This document shows positions 14,538 through 21,888 of a DNA stretch of 44,999 nt, piece after piece. The position numbers and the translations under genes were made by a program. How positions within the stretch are numbered: position 1 is the first letter of the stretch; each line of letters starts with the position of its first letter. Origin of the DNA: a virus. The stretch lies in IMG/VR virus record IMGVR_UViG_3300030688_000053, one strand, 5' to 3'. Below the pieces are notes generated by a model. The model was not told the DNA's origin. It did not search any database and was given only the letters and a program-made list of their open reading frames with translations.

Positions 14538-14948
14538 ATGAAGACGAAACAAAAAACATGCAGGTATTGCCAGCAGCCAGCGCAGCTTCTTCGTTACCGT
14601 GGCGCTGGCTACCCTTACCGCAGCGATTACGGCCCGACTTGGGTATGCGTACCGTGTCAAGCATGGGTAGGCTGCCATGACGGCACCACGAACGCGCTGG
14701 GCGGCTTGGCGAACGCTGAATTGCGTGGATGGAAAGTCAAGGCTCATGCCGCTTTTGATCCGTTGTGGAAGGCGAAGATAGCGCGCGACGGATGTTCAAA
14801 GTCCAAGGCGCGGAAGGCCGGGTATAGGTGGCTGTCAGAACAGTTGTCGATACCCTACGAAAAGACGCACATCGGCTACATGAGCATCGATGAATGCAAG
14901 ATGGTGGTTTCAATTTGTTCTGCAATACAACCGAAAAATAGAGGATAA
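14538..14948 (+). CDS. Zinc-finger phage protein (DUF3268-like)
   Basis: CRYCQQPA...WVCVPCQAWVGCH forms two CxxC pairs. LRGWKVKAHAAFDPLW follows. The family assignment is from memory. Confidence 0.55.
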   Translation: MKTKQKTCRYCQQPAQLLRYRGAGYPYRSDYGPTWVCVPCQAWVGCHDGTTNALGGLANAELRGWKVKAHAAFDPLWKAKIARDGCSKSKARKAGYRWLSEQLSIPYEKTHIGYMSIDECKMVVSICSAIQPKNRG

Positions 14949-14950
14949 CG

Positions 14951-15640
14951 ATGACCGAAATTAGCAAGCAAGAACAATCAACGATCGAAGGGATCGAGCC
15001 GCCCGAACCGACTGATGTTCACATGATCGCGCGCATCAATGCCGTCGCGCTGAAGATCGTCTACCCATTCGTGGCGCAGCAAGATATTCGCTTCTATCTC
15101 AATGCGATCAACATCCGACCACTTGATGACGGCTCGGTGATGGTCGTTGCAACTGACGGCCACCGTTATGTCGTGGTGCGCGATCCTCATGGCTACGCAG
15201 AGCATGAAATCATCGTCGGAATCAGCAAGGATGCGCTGAAGCACGCAGGTAACGCAAAGCACACGCTTGACGTCATGTCGAACGGCAACGCAATGATTTC
15301 CGGCCAGGTTGCGGAACCGTTGTTCATACAACCAGGCAATGCATTAGTAGACGCCAAGTTCCCGCGCATCGAACGTGTCGCGTCTACCATCGGCTACAAG
15401 GAAGGAATTTCCGGAGCCGTCAACCCGCGCTATCTGGCGGATGCATTGGCAATCGGCAAGAGCTTCGGCAATTCGATCCGATTTTTCACGCGCGACAACG
15501 ATAGCCCTCTCACCTTCCTTCTGGGTGGCATCGGTGAACTCGAATGCTTCGGCGGCATCATGAAAATCCGTGACAGTTTCGAAAACCTTCCGGCATGGTT
15601 CCTGACAGCCTCGGATGCCACTAGCCTAGATGAAGTTTGA
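14951..15640 (+). CDS. Truncated DnaN (beta sliding clamp)-like protein
   Basis: QDIRFYLNAI, VATDGHRYVV, LVDAKFPRIERV, VNPRYLADALAI, IRFFTRDNDSPLTF and GGIMKIRD run colinear with E. coli DnaN. The E. coli counterparts are QDVRYYLNGM, VATDGHRLAV, LVDGRFPDYRRV, NVSYVLDVLNAL, VRMMLTDSVSSVQI and YVVMPMRL (from memory). Confidence 0.75.
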   Translation: MTEISKQEQSTIEGIEPPEPTDVHMIARINAVALKIVYPFVAQQDIRFYLNAINIRPLDDGSVMVVATDGHRYVVVRDPHGYAEHEIIVGISKDALKHAGNAKHTLDVMSNGNAMISGQVAEPLFIQPGNALVDAKFPRIERVASTIGYKEGISGAVNPRYLADALAIGKSFGNSIRFFTRDNDSPLTFLLGGIGELECFGGIMKIRDSFENLPAWFLTASDATSLDEV

Positions 15641-15798
15641 CCTAGATATCAGACTTCAAATATGCAATAATCGCCCTAGCAGACGGCCGGTAATAGTCTG
15701 CTGATAACAACCCTGGCTAGTGCCCACGTATCTGATGGTGAAAATCAGAGTAGACCGCCCTGGCGTCGATAAAGGCCAGGACCAAGACAGGAGATACT

Positions 15799-16293
15799 AT
15801 GGGAATATCCAAAGAAAAACTCGTATTTTTAAAATCCGCATCCTTATCAAAAGATAGTCAATGTATAAATTGGCCGTATATCCTTAATAAAGACGGATAT
15901 GGATCTGCAATGCATAACAAAATTCGAGGCGCCCATCGAATTGTTTATTATTTAGCTCATGGGAATATCGCAGATGAAATGTGCGTTATGCATTCATGCG
16001 ATAACCCAGCTTGTATAAATATACAACATCTTTCCCTTGGAACAGCAAAGGAAAACCATTCTGATATGTATAAGAAAAATAGATGCGTATTCCAAAAGGG
16101 TGGAATAAATTATAAAGAATTTCGCGGCGAAAGCCATGGTTTGTCAAAATTGACGGAAGATGAAGTTAGAAAAATTAGAATTTCCCGGGAAAAAGGTGGA
16201 TTTTCCAATCGTGAAATTGCAAAAATATTAAATATGGGGCGTCAAACAATAAATGACGTCATTTCAAGGAAAACATGGGCTCATGTAAGTTAA
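15799..16293 (+). CDS. HNH homing endonuclease (HNH_3 type) with a C-terminal HTH, in an AT-rich island
   Basis: GYGSAMHNKIRGAHRIVYYLAHG...MHSCDNPACINIQHLSLGTAKENHSD, then GFSNREIAKILNMGRQTINDVISRKTW. One sampled 60-nt line inside the gene is about 30 % GC, against about 58 % in the flanking gene. Confidence 0.85.
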   Translation: MGISKEKLVFLKSASLSKDSQCINWPYILNKDGYGSAMHNKIRGAHRIVYYLAHGNIADEMCVMHSCDNPACINIQHLSLGTAKENHSDMYKKNRCVFQKGGINYKEFRGESHGLSKLTEDEVRKIRISREKGGFSNREIAKILNMGRQTINDVISRKTWAHVS

Positions 16294-16454
16294 TCCGATT
16301 CGGCCACCAACATAGGGACCAGCCCGAAATTTACTGGCAGAGGTGAGGCGCCTCAATAAAACCACCGGAGGCCATCATGAAATAGCAACCTATCGCCGGG
16401 CCACCTTGCCCCTTCATGTTCTCGGTCGCCCGGCAGACTTACGCAAATATTAGT

Positions 16455-16482
16455 TTGCAAATACCGAATACCCTGCTAAAGT
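16455..16482 (+). promoter_or_regulatory. Possible sigma70 promoter (TTGCAA-N16-TAAAGT)
   Basis: The hexamers were read directly. A short inverted repeat gcaaa/tttgc overlaps the -35 element. Confidence 0.3.
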
Positions 16483-16516
16483 GTGGTCATGTGCTTGGAG
16501 GCGCAAACAAACAGTG

Positions 16517-16594
16517 AGGATTCAAAGGCGCCATGCGGGAACTGTTCCCGTCCTCCAACTGGGAAACCAGATGGCGCCTTTGAATCCTTTTTTT
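16517..16594 (+). terminator. Compound intrinsic-terminator-like element: 18-bp perfect stem enclosing two mini-hairpins, followed by a T7 run
   Basis: aggattcaaaggcgccat (16517-16534) is the exact reverse complement of 16571-16588. Inside are CGGGA-actgt-TCCCG and CTGG-GAAA-CCAG. The run ttttttt follows at 16588-16594. Confidence 0.7.
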
Positions 16595-16610
16595 CATTCA
16601 GGAAAATAAA

Positions 16611-17453
16611 ATGAAGACATTCGAAGAAGCTTACGAAATTGCCAACAAGTGGGAAGGTGAAAAACTTGCCGGCCACGGCGCGTTAGTCGCGCGTGCGCTG
16701 TTGGCTCGCATCCATGCCATACAGCATGGATGCGTCATGGCGCGCGTGCATCGCTCCGCTGATGGTACTTGCCACGCCATCTATACGCAAGAGGGCTTTA
16801 AGCTGCCAGACGGATCCCCATTGTTTGCTGCGGGCAGCCTGGCATCGCCGCAAGTAACGGATGAGCAGATACGTGAACTATGGATGAATTTGACTGATGG
16901 CGCAGAAAACTATCGCCAAATATTGAAATTCGCCCGCGCCCTTCTCTCAGCACCGCCAGCAGCAGAGGCAAGCGATGCTGAAAAGCGATTCGACGCTCTG
17001 AGTGGTGCTGTAAAACAACTTGAGCAAGTTCAGGCGGCCAGACTGATCCGTGAAGCAGCAGCGCCGCAAGAGGCGAAGCCGGTAGCGGTTGATCGAGCTA
17101 TCCGACAAGAAGAACGTGCTTGTCGTGCAGAAGACGCGTTAATTGACCTCGTAAATCAAATCTCAAAAACCAATCCGGTTGATGACCATGGGCATAACTT
17201 GAAAATGAATATGGCATACATCAAAGCTGTGGAATTATTGGATGCATCGGCAGCTTCTGAAGCTATTTGCGACGCTGCACCGCAGGAACAAGCGCCAGTA
17301 GTAGACCGTGATGCTGTGATCGAAGAAGTGGCGAAGCACGTTTGGCAGTACAAAGCTGCTGGAGTTATCCCTTCATGGCTGATGTTGGAAATATCCGGCA
17401 TCTGTAAATATATCCGCGATATGCAATCCCAACCGCAGCAGGTGACGGGATGA
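16611..17453 (+). CDS. Hypothetical protein (280 aa) with an internal AAPQE..PV.VDR repeat
   Basis: ORF with AGGAAAATAAA before the ATG. AAAPQEAKPVAVDRAI and AAPQEQAPVVDRDAV are internal repeats. Confidence 0.75.
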   Translation: MKTFEEAYEIANKWEGEKLAGHGALVARALLARIHAIQHGCVMARVHRSADGTCHAIYTQEGFKLPDGSPLFAAGSLASPQVTDEQIRELWMNLTDGAENYRQILKFARALLSAPPAAEASDAEKRFDALSGAVKQLEQVQAARLIREAAAPQEAKPVAVDRAIRQEERACRAEDALIDLVNQISKTNPVDDHGHNLKMNMAYIKAVELLDASAASEAICDAAPQEQAPVVDRDAVIEEVAKHVWQYKAAGVIPSWLMLEISGICKYIRDMQSQPQQVTG

Positions 17454-17599
17454 TTTACATCATTGTGTTTATCACCGGAATTTTATTTGGGATGTTGCCG
17501 ATATTCGTAGGAGTCTGGATCGGACGTATCGAATTTGACGATAGAAATGTCTATATCTGCTACGGAAAGCCAGCAACTACAGCGAAGGAAGAGACGTGA
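17450..17599 (+). CDS. Membrane micro-protein (49 aa), absent from the ORF track
   Basis: My translation is MIYIIVFITGILFGMLPIFVGVWIGRIEFDDRNVYICYGKPATTAKEET. ATGA overlap upstream and GTGA overlap downstream. Confidence 0.45.
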   Translation: MIYIIVFITGILFGMLPIFVGVWIGRIEFDDRNVYICYGKPATTAKEET

Positions 17600-17802
17600 C
17601 CCAAGAACAGATAGCACCATGCAAGTGCGGCCACCATGCGGGCTGGTTCGAGAAGCGATGCGTATCATACGAGCAATATTTTGATGAGACCGGGGAAGCT
17701 ACCCACGCATCCGATATTTTGGCAGCGTCTCGTGGCGGAGTTCGCAAGTATTGCTGCGAATGCAGCCGCGACATTACACGCTTGATAAAGGACCGGCCAT
17801 GA
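17596..17802 (+). CDS. Small Cys-rich protein (68 aa)
   Basis: CKCGHH...CCECS. It has a GTG start coupled to the upstream ORF. Confidence 0.5.
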   Translation: MTQEQIAPCKCGHHAGWFEKRCVSYEQYFDETGEATHASDILAASRGGVRKYCCECSRDITRLIKDRP

Positions 17803-18485
17803 CCTTAGACATAGAACGTGAGCGCCGGGAGTTTGAAGCGGATTTCAAAGAGCAGATGGGCATCGATGTTGGTCGAACATTTCATAGTTGCTATGCATCA
17901 TCGCGCGTCGAGGATCGCTGGAATGGTTGGCTTGCCGCCAAGCGCGCCGCCGTGGGGAGCGCGGAGCCGGTGGCGTTCGCTGAGAAGCTGACATCGAGGA
18001 ACCAATATGACACTGCGGTGGCCGATGCACTCGGCGATGACAGGACAAGTCTTTACGCCCCTCCAGCGCCTGTAAGTGCGGAGCTGGTAGACGCGTCCGA
18101 CGATGCCGCGAAGGGAAACATCAGCGCATGGCTTCGTCGTCACGCTGGTGGCGATCTGGTGATGATTCCGGGGCGCTTGGCGGGACAGATCGCTGATCAT
18201 ATCGACAAGCTCGCCAGCGCCCCGCCATCCACAGATGCGAAGGACAGCGAGCGTCTGGATTGGATTCTTGAACAAGCAAAGTTGAAGACATTACCCAGAG
18301 GAATAAATCATTGGGCAATCGACGTGGCTCTTGATGCGGCTGGCGAGCTTGATTTAGGCAGCGTGTATCTGGATGGTAGAGCCGCTATTGACGCAGCTAT
18401 CGCCCTGCAAGCCAGCACCAAGCCCGGCACCGGCACCGGCACCGGCATCGACGCCGCTATCCAATCGCAAGAGGTGAAATCGTGA
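17799..18485 (+). CDS. Hypothetical protein, paralog A of 19220..19882
   Basis: The ATG at 17799 overlaps the upstream stop (ATGA). It shares WLAAKRAA.GSAEPVAFAEKLTSRNQYDTAVADALGDDRTSLYAPPAPVSAE and SAPP.TDAKD with paralog B. It contains a (ggcacc)4 microsatellite encoding GTGTGTG. Confidence 0.75.
   Translation: MTLDIERERREFEADFKEQMGIDVGRTFHSCYASSRVEDRWNGWLAAKRAAVGSAEPVAFAEKLTSRNQYDTAVADALGDDRTSLYAPPAPVSAELVDASDDAAKGNISAWLRRHAGGDLVMIPGRLAGQIADHIDKLASAPPSTDAKDSERLDWILEQAKLKTLPRGINHWAIDVALDAAGELDLGSVYLDGRAAIDAAIALQASTKPGTGTGTGIDAAIQSQEVKS
17961..18084 (+). repeat. 124-bp perfect direct repeat, copy 1 (copy 2 at 19370..19493)
   Basis: Base-by-base comparison from gcggagccggtggcgttcgc to gtaagtgcggagc shows identity. 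The flanks remain similar with a few mismatches. Confidence 0.9.
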
Positions 18486-18970
18486 AGCCGGTTCTTGATC
18501 CATGCTGCGGCAGTCGCATGTTTTGGTTCAATCCACAGAACGAGCTGGCGCTGTTCGGCGACATACGCGCAGAGGATCATATCTTGTGCGACGGTCGTTC
18601 GTTGCAGATTAAGCCGGACATGATGCTGGACTTCCGCGACATGCCTTTCGATGACGGCAGTTTCAAGCTGGTCGTGTTCGATCCGCCACACTTGCGCAAC
18701 GCTGGCGATAAAAGCTGGATGAAGGCCAAGTATGGCGCACTGAATGAAAACTGGCGGGAAGACTTGCGTGAAGGCTTTGCCGAATGCTTTCGTGTCTTGG
18801 CCAACGATGGTGTGCTGATTTTCAAGTGGAATGAAATTCAGATCAAGGTCAAAGAAGTGCTTGCGCTTACGCCGGAAAAGCCGCTGTTTGGTCACAAATC
18901 TGGCAAGCGCCAGGATACGCACTGGATCTGTTTCATGAAGAGCGGCGCAGACAAGCCGGGGGAGGCGTGA
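18482..18970 (+). CDS. SAM-dependent (probable DNA amino-) methyltransferase
   Basis: Motif I-like VLDPCCGSRMFWF comes first, then motif IV-like VVFDPPH. The protein is 162 aa. Confidence 0.7.
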   Translation: MKPVLDPCCGSRMFWFNPQNELALFGDIRAEDHILCDGRSLQIKPDMMLDFRDMPFDDGSFKLVVFDPPHLRNAGDKSWMKAKYGALNENWREDLREGFAECFRVLANDGVLIFKWNEIQIKVKEVLALTPEKPLFGHKSGKRQDTHWICFMKSGADKPGEA

Positions 18971-19212
18971 TGATAACCAGCAGAGCAGCCGAAGTCTTGG
19001 CGCAGACAGCAATGCAGTCCTACGTCAATCAATGCAAATGCGAAACAGCAGAGGATGTTGCAAACGTCCTGATGAAACTGGTAAGCATGTGCGGCCTTGG
19101 AATGTGCGCGGTAGTCGGAAAAGAAGAGTCGGTAGCGCGTCTGCAAGGGACGACTGACTACATCGCCAAAACGCAAGAAAACGTCAACTGGAAAGCCGAA
19201 AAGGCTCATTGA
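18970..19212 (+). CDS. Hypothetical protein (80 aa)
   Basis: The ATG lies immediately at the methyltransferase stop. No motif recognised. Confidence 0.55.
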   Translation: MITSRAAEVLAQTAMQSYVNQCKCETAEDVANVLMKLVSMCGLGMCAVVGKEESVARLQGTTDYIAKTQENVNWKAEKAH

Positions 19213-19219
19213 GAAAAAC

Positions 19220-19882
19220 ATGACCAAAGAACTGAACATCGAGCAGGAGCGGCGTGCATTCGTTGCCGCCGCTGAAATCGAATTTCGCAATGATGAGTCA
19301 TTCACCAAGCGCGATTTTTCCGTCGGCTTGCGTACATGGCTTGCCGCCAAGCGTGCAGCTATGGGGAGTGCGGAGCCGGTGGCGTTCGCTGAGAAGCTGA
19401 CATCGAGGAACCAATATGACACTGCGGTGGCCGATGCACTCGGCGATGACAGGACAAGTCTTTACGCCCCTCCAGCGCCTGTAAGTGCGGAGCCGGTGAA
19501 AAACGCGGATGAAGCACTTATTCTTTGCGCTTTCCAAAATGCAATCCGCAATATTGAATACATCAGTAAGGGCGTTTATCCCGGCAAGGACTTTGACTTG
19601 GACGGTAGCCTTGTGACCGCAAATATCAAGCATGCGAAACGGCTTGCAGATTTCGTTTTGCCGAATCTGCGTCAGGCGCACAGCTTGGTTGGTAAATTAC
19701 TCGTCAGCGCCCCGCCAGCCACAGATGCGAAGGACAGAGGTTATGAACTTCCCGAGCGCAAACTTGAGTATGTCAGCCCGCTTTGCCCTGACTACCCTAG
19801 CGAAGACTCTTTCAACGAAGGCTACATTGACGGCTGGAACGACTGTATCGACGCAGCTATCGCGGCTAAGGGGCAGCCATGA
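19220..19882 (+). CDS. Hypothetical protein, paralog B of 17799..18485
   Basis: Same conserved blocks as paralog A, with different middle and C-terminal regions. Confidence 0.75.
   Translation: MTKELNIEQERRAFVAAAEIEFRNDESFTKRDFSVGLRTWLAAKRAAMGSAEPVAFAEKLTSRNQYDTAVADALGDDRTSLYAPPAPVSAEPVKNADEALILCAFQNAIRNIEYISKGVYPGKDFDLDGSLVTANIKHAKRLADFVLPNLRQAHSLVGKLLVSAPPATDAKDRGYELPERKLEYVSPLCPDYPSEDSFNEGYIDGWNDCIDAAIAAKGQP
19370..19493 (+). repeat. 124-bp perfect direct repeat, copy 2
   Basis: Identical to 17961..18084. Confidence 0.9.
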
Positions 19883-20109
19883 TGCTCGGCGAATTCGTGC
19901 GCAATCACCGCAAAGAAGAAGGCTTGACGCTTGAGAAGCTCGCCAAATTTGTCGGCACCAGCAAGAGCCACATATTCGAGATTGAGAAAGGTAAGACTAT
20001 GCCAAGTCTCGTAATCGCTGCACGCATTGCGCAAGCGCTTGATGTCAGCTTGCAACAGATGGGCCGCGCAGCAATCAATTCGGATATCGCAAAGAAGGAA
20101 TCCCCATGA
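19879..20109 (+). CDS. XRE-family HTH transcriptional regulator
   Basis: LTLEKLAKFVGTSKSHIFEIEKGKTMPSLVIAARIAQALDVSL is a canonical Cro/C1-type HTH. Confidence 0.85.
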   Translation: MMLGEFVRNHRKEEGLTLEKLAKFVGTSKSHIFEIEKGKTMPSLVIAARIAQALDVSLQQMGRAAINSDIAKKESP

Positions 20110-20297
20110 GCCACCAGTTACCACCTCTGCCGGAGCCTGCTCAACAACAGCAGTACGTTTGCACCAAATGCGGGAAAGCCAATCAAGGCATGGACGCGCG
20201 GCGTGCAGGTAGAGGAGGTTTCAAAATAATTAGAAAATTACACCACTCTACCTTCAACAATCAAATGTCCATTACCCACTCCATCTTCCTCCCATGA
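20106..20297 (+). CDS. Small hypothetical protein (63 aa) with CxxC
   Basis: ATGA coupling to the XRE gene. Contains CTKCGK. Its last 60 nt overlap the convergent DUF1353 gene. Confidence 0.4.
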   Translation: MSHQLPPLPEPAQQQQYVCTKCGKANQGMDARRAGRGGFKIIRKLHHSTFNNQMSITHSIFLP

Positions 20298-20660
20298 GGA
20301 TCTGCCGCCAATCTTGACGCCCAGATAGATGCCGAAGCGGCGCCAGGTCGGGATACCCTCCACCTTTGACGCCTCTAGCAGCACCAGATTAGCAGTCGGC
20401 TCGTCGCACATCTCATGATGGTGAAAAAGCCAATCATGAAGAACCGCCGCCTTGTGACTGGTATCCCCGAACAACAGGTATGCCAGCGGAACACGCGGCA
20501 CGCTAGCATAATCGGTCAGAAAGCCCGATTCGACCACGATGGTCTTGCCTAGGACGTCAGACTGATACACCAGCGGGCGCACTATGCGCCAGATGCCTCG
20601 CCCGGAGGCCGCAAGATCGTCCACACACTCGGCGACCAGCTCTGTCAGAAACTGGCTCAT
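20238..20660 (-). CDS. DUF1353-like protein
   Basis: FLTDYASVPR...HKAAVLHDWLF matches my memory of the DUF1353 signature. This is the last gene of the late arm. Confidence 0.65.
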   Translation of the reverse strand: MSQFLTELVAECVDDLAASGRGIWRIVRPLVYQSDVLGKTIVVESGFLTDYASVPRVPLAYLLFGDTSHKAAVLHDWLFHHHEMCDEPTANLVLLEASKVEGIPTWRRFGIYLGVKIGGRSSWEEDGVGNGHLIVEGRVV

Positions 20661-20664
20661 GATG

Positions 20665-21084
20665 TTACTGCGCCAATGCCTGAGACAATGCTACCTTGAC
20701 CAGCGCCAGCGCGGCCGCAGCAGCAGCTTTTTCCGCGGGGTCAATCGGCGCGACGTCCACCAGAACTGTCACCAACGGAAGCGCCGTGGTCAGGAACTCA
20801 GATACCGATGCAGTCTCGACGGTCGACGTCGATGCTGCTGCGGCAGTGCACACCTTGTCGGCCAAAGCTGCGGCGGTTGTCAGATCGGCGAGCTGGCTGC
20901 CGGTGAGCAATGCTGTCTGAGTCTGCAGCGTTGCGATGGTCGGCTGCACCACCAAACAAGATTTGTTCACCTGGTCGGCCAGATTGGCCACGGCCTGAGC
21001 TGGTGTTTGTGGTGCTGGCGCCGAGGCGCAGGCGGAAAGCAGAAATGTAACAGCGACGGCTACCAAGAGGGCGAGACGTTTCAT
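20665..21084 (-). CDS. Lipoprotein (candidate outer-membrane spanin component or other envelope protein)
   Basis: Signal peptide with lipobox MKRLALLVAVAVTFLLSAC. The mature part is Ala/Thr-rich. The gene sits in the lysis cluster. Confidence 0.55.
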   Translation of the reverse strand: MKRLALLVAVAVTFLLSACASAPAPQTPAQAVANLADQVNKSCLVVQPTIATLQTQTALLTGSQLADLTTAAALADKVCTAAAASTSTVETASVSEFLTTALPLVTVLVDVAPIDPAEKAAAAAALALVKVALSQALAQ

Positions 21085-21126
21085 TTTTAATCCAATCAGA
21101 GAGTGGCCGGAATGGCCGAGGTTGTT

Positions 21127-21363
21127 TTACTGGGCTACAGCGGGTGCAGTTGGTGCGATGACGGACTGAACAACAACTGCGGGAGGTGGCGGTGGAGGTG
21201 GCATATCACGCAACGCCAGTCCGATCGTGCCGAGCGCCATCGTCCAATTGAAATTGATGAACGCTGGACGTTGAGCTGGATCTAAAATTGCCACGATCGC
21301 CAATACGACATAGGCGACCACACCAATGAGCATGAACAACTTGAAACGGACACTTGGATTCAT
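21127..21363 (-). CDS. Small membrane protein with a Pro-rich C-terminus (candidate holin or i-spanin)
   Basis: TM segment FKLFMLIGVVAYVVLAIVAIL. A PPPPPPP run follows. It lies between the endolysin and the lipoprotein. Confidence 0.5.
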   Translation of the reverse strand: MNPSVRFKLFMLIGVVAYVVLAIVAILDPAQRPAFINFNWTMALGTIGLALRDMPPPPPPPAVVVQSVIAPTAPAVAQ

Positions 21364-21384
21364 TTCAGACCTTTCGAAGAACGG

Positions 21385-21406
21385 AAAAAGACCGCTCGCG
21401 GCGGCC
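21385..21406 (-). terminator. Possible intrinsic terminator after the endolysin
   Basis: The minus strand reads GGCCGC-CGCGA-GCGGTC, a 6-bp stem with one G-U pair, followed by TTTTT. Confidence 0.4.
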
Positions 21407-21432
21407 GGGTTGGTTAACGGTGCGTTGTGGTG

Positions 21433-21888
21433 CTATGCGACATTGTCGAACTGCGTCAGGTTGCGAGCATGGATTTCGGCGATGATTTTCTCGGCATAGC
21501 CTGGGTCGGTGGCATAGCCTGCGGCAGCGATTGCCAAGGTGAATTGCTCAGCATTATCGGTATGCAGAAATGCTGGTGCATAGCGCTTGTTGGCCAGCAA
21601 AAACTTGCCGCGATCAACCAGGCAGTCGGACCAACTTGTATAGGCCCGGAACCGGTCAACAATGGAGACCTTCTTGTCACCGACATATTCGTGAGTAGCG
21701 AACTCCGCGACTGGTCCGGCCCATGACTTGTCGGCTTTGATGCCAAACAGGTTCATGCCCGGCGCTTTAGTCCCCCACCCGCTTTCGATGGCTGCCTGCG
21801 CAATGGTCACGCTGGCCGGGATCTTGGTAGCGCGCATGCACGCTTGTGCTCCTGGCGCAATCTGTGCGATAAAATCTTCAGGTTTCAT
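21433..21888 (-). CDS. Endolysin, glucosaminidase (GH73/FlgJ-like) type
   Basis: IAQAAIESGWGTKAPGMNLFGIKA is the typical catalytic-Glu region of mannosyl-glycoprotein endo-beta-N-acetylglucosaminidases. Confidence 0.8.
   Translation of the reverse strand: MKPEDFIAQIAPGAQACMRATKIPASVTIAQAAIESGWGTKAPGMNLFGIKADKSWAGPVAEFATHEYVGDKKVSIVDRFRAYTSWSDCLVDRGKFLLANKRYAPAFLHTDNAEQFTLAIAAAGYATDPGYAEKIIAEIHARNLTQFDNVA

Noticed and set aside
16517-16594. Hammerhead or another small self-cleaving ribozyme, suggested by the three-helix junction.
   Set aside because: The conserved hammerhead core (CUGAUGA ... GAAA at the junction) is absent. The GAAA here is a hairpin tetraloop. The U-tract fits a terminator better.
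16476-16676. Minus-strand 66-aa ORF.
   Set aside because: It spans the 18-bp-stem terminator and the start of the plus-strand 280-aa gene. It is most likely a chance ORF.
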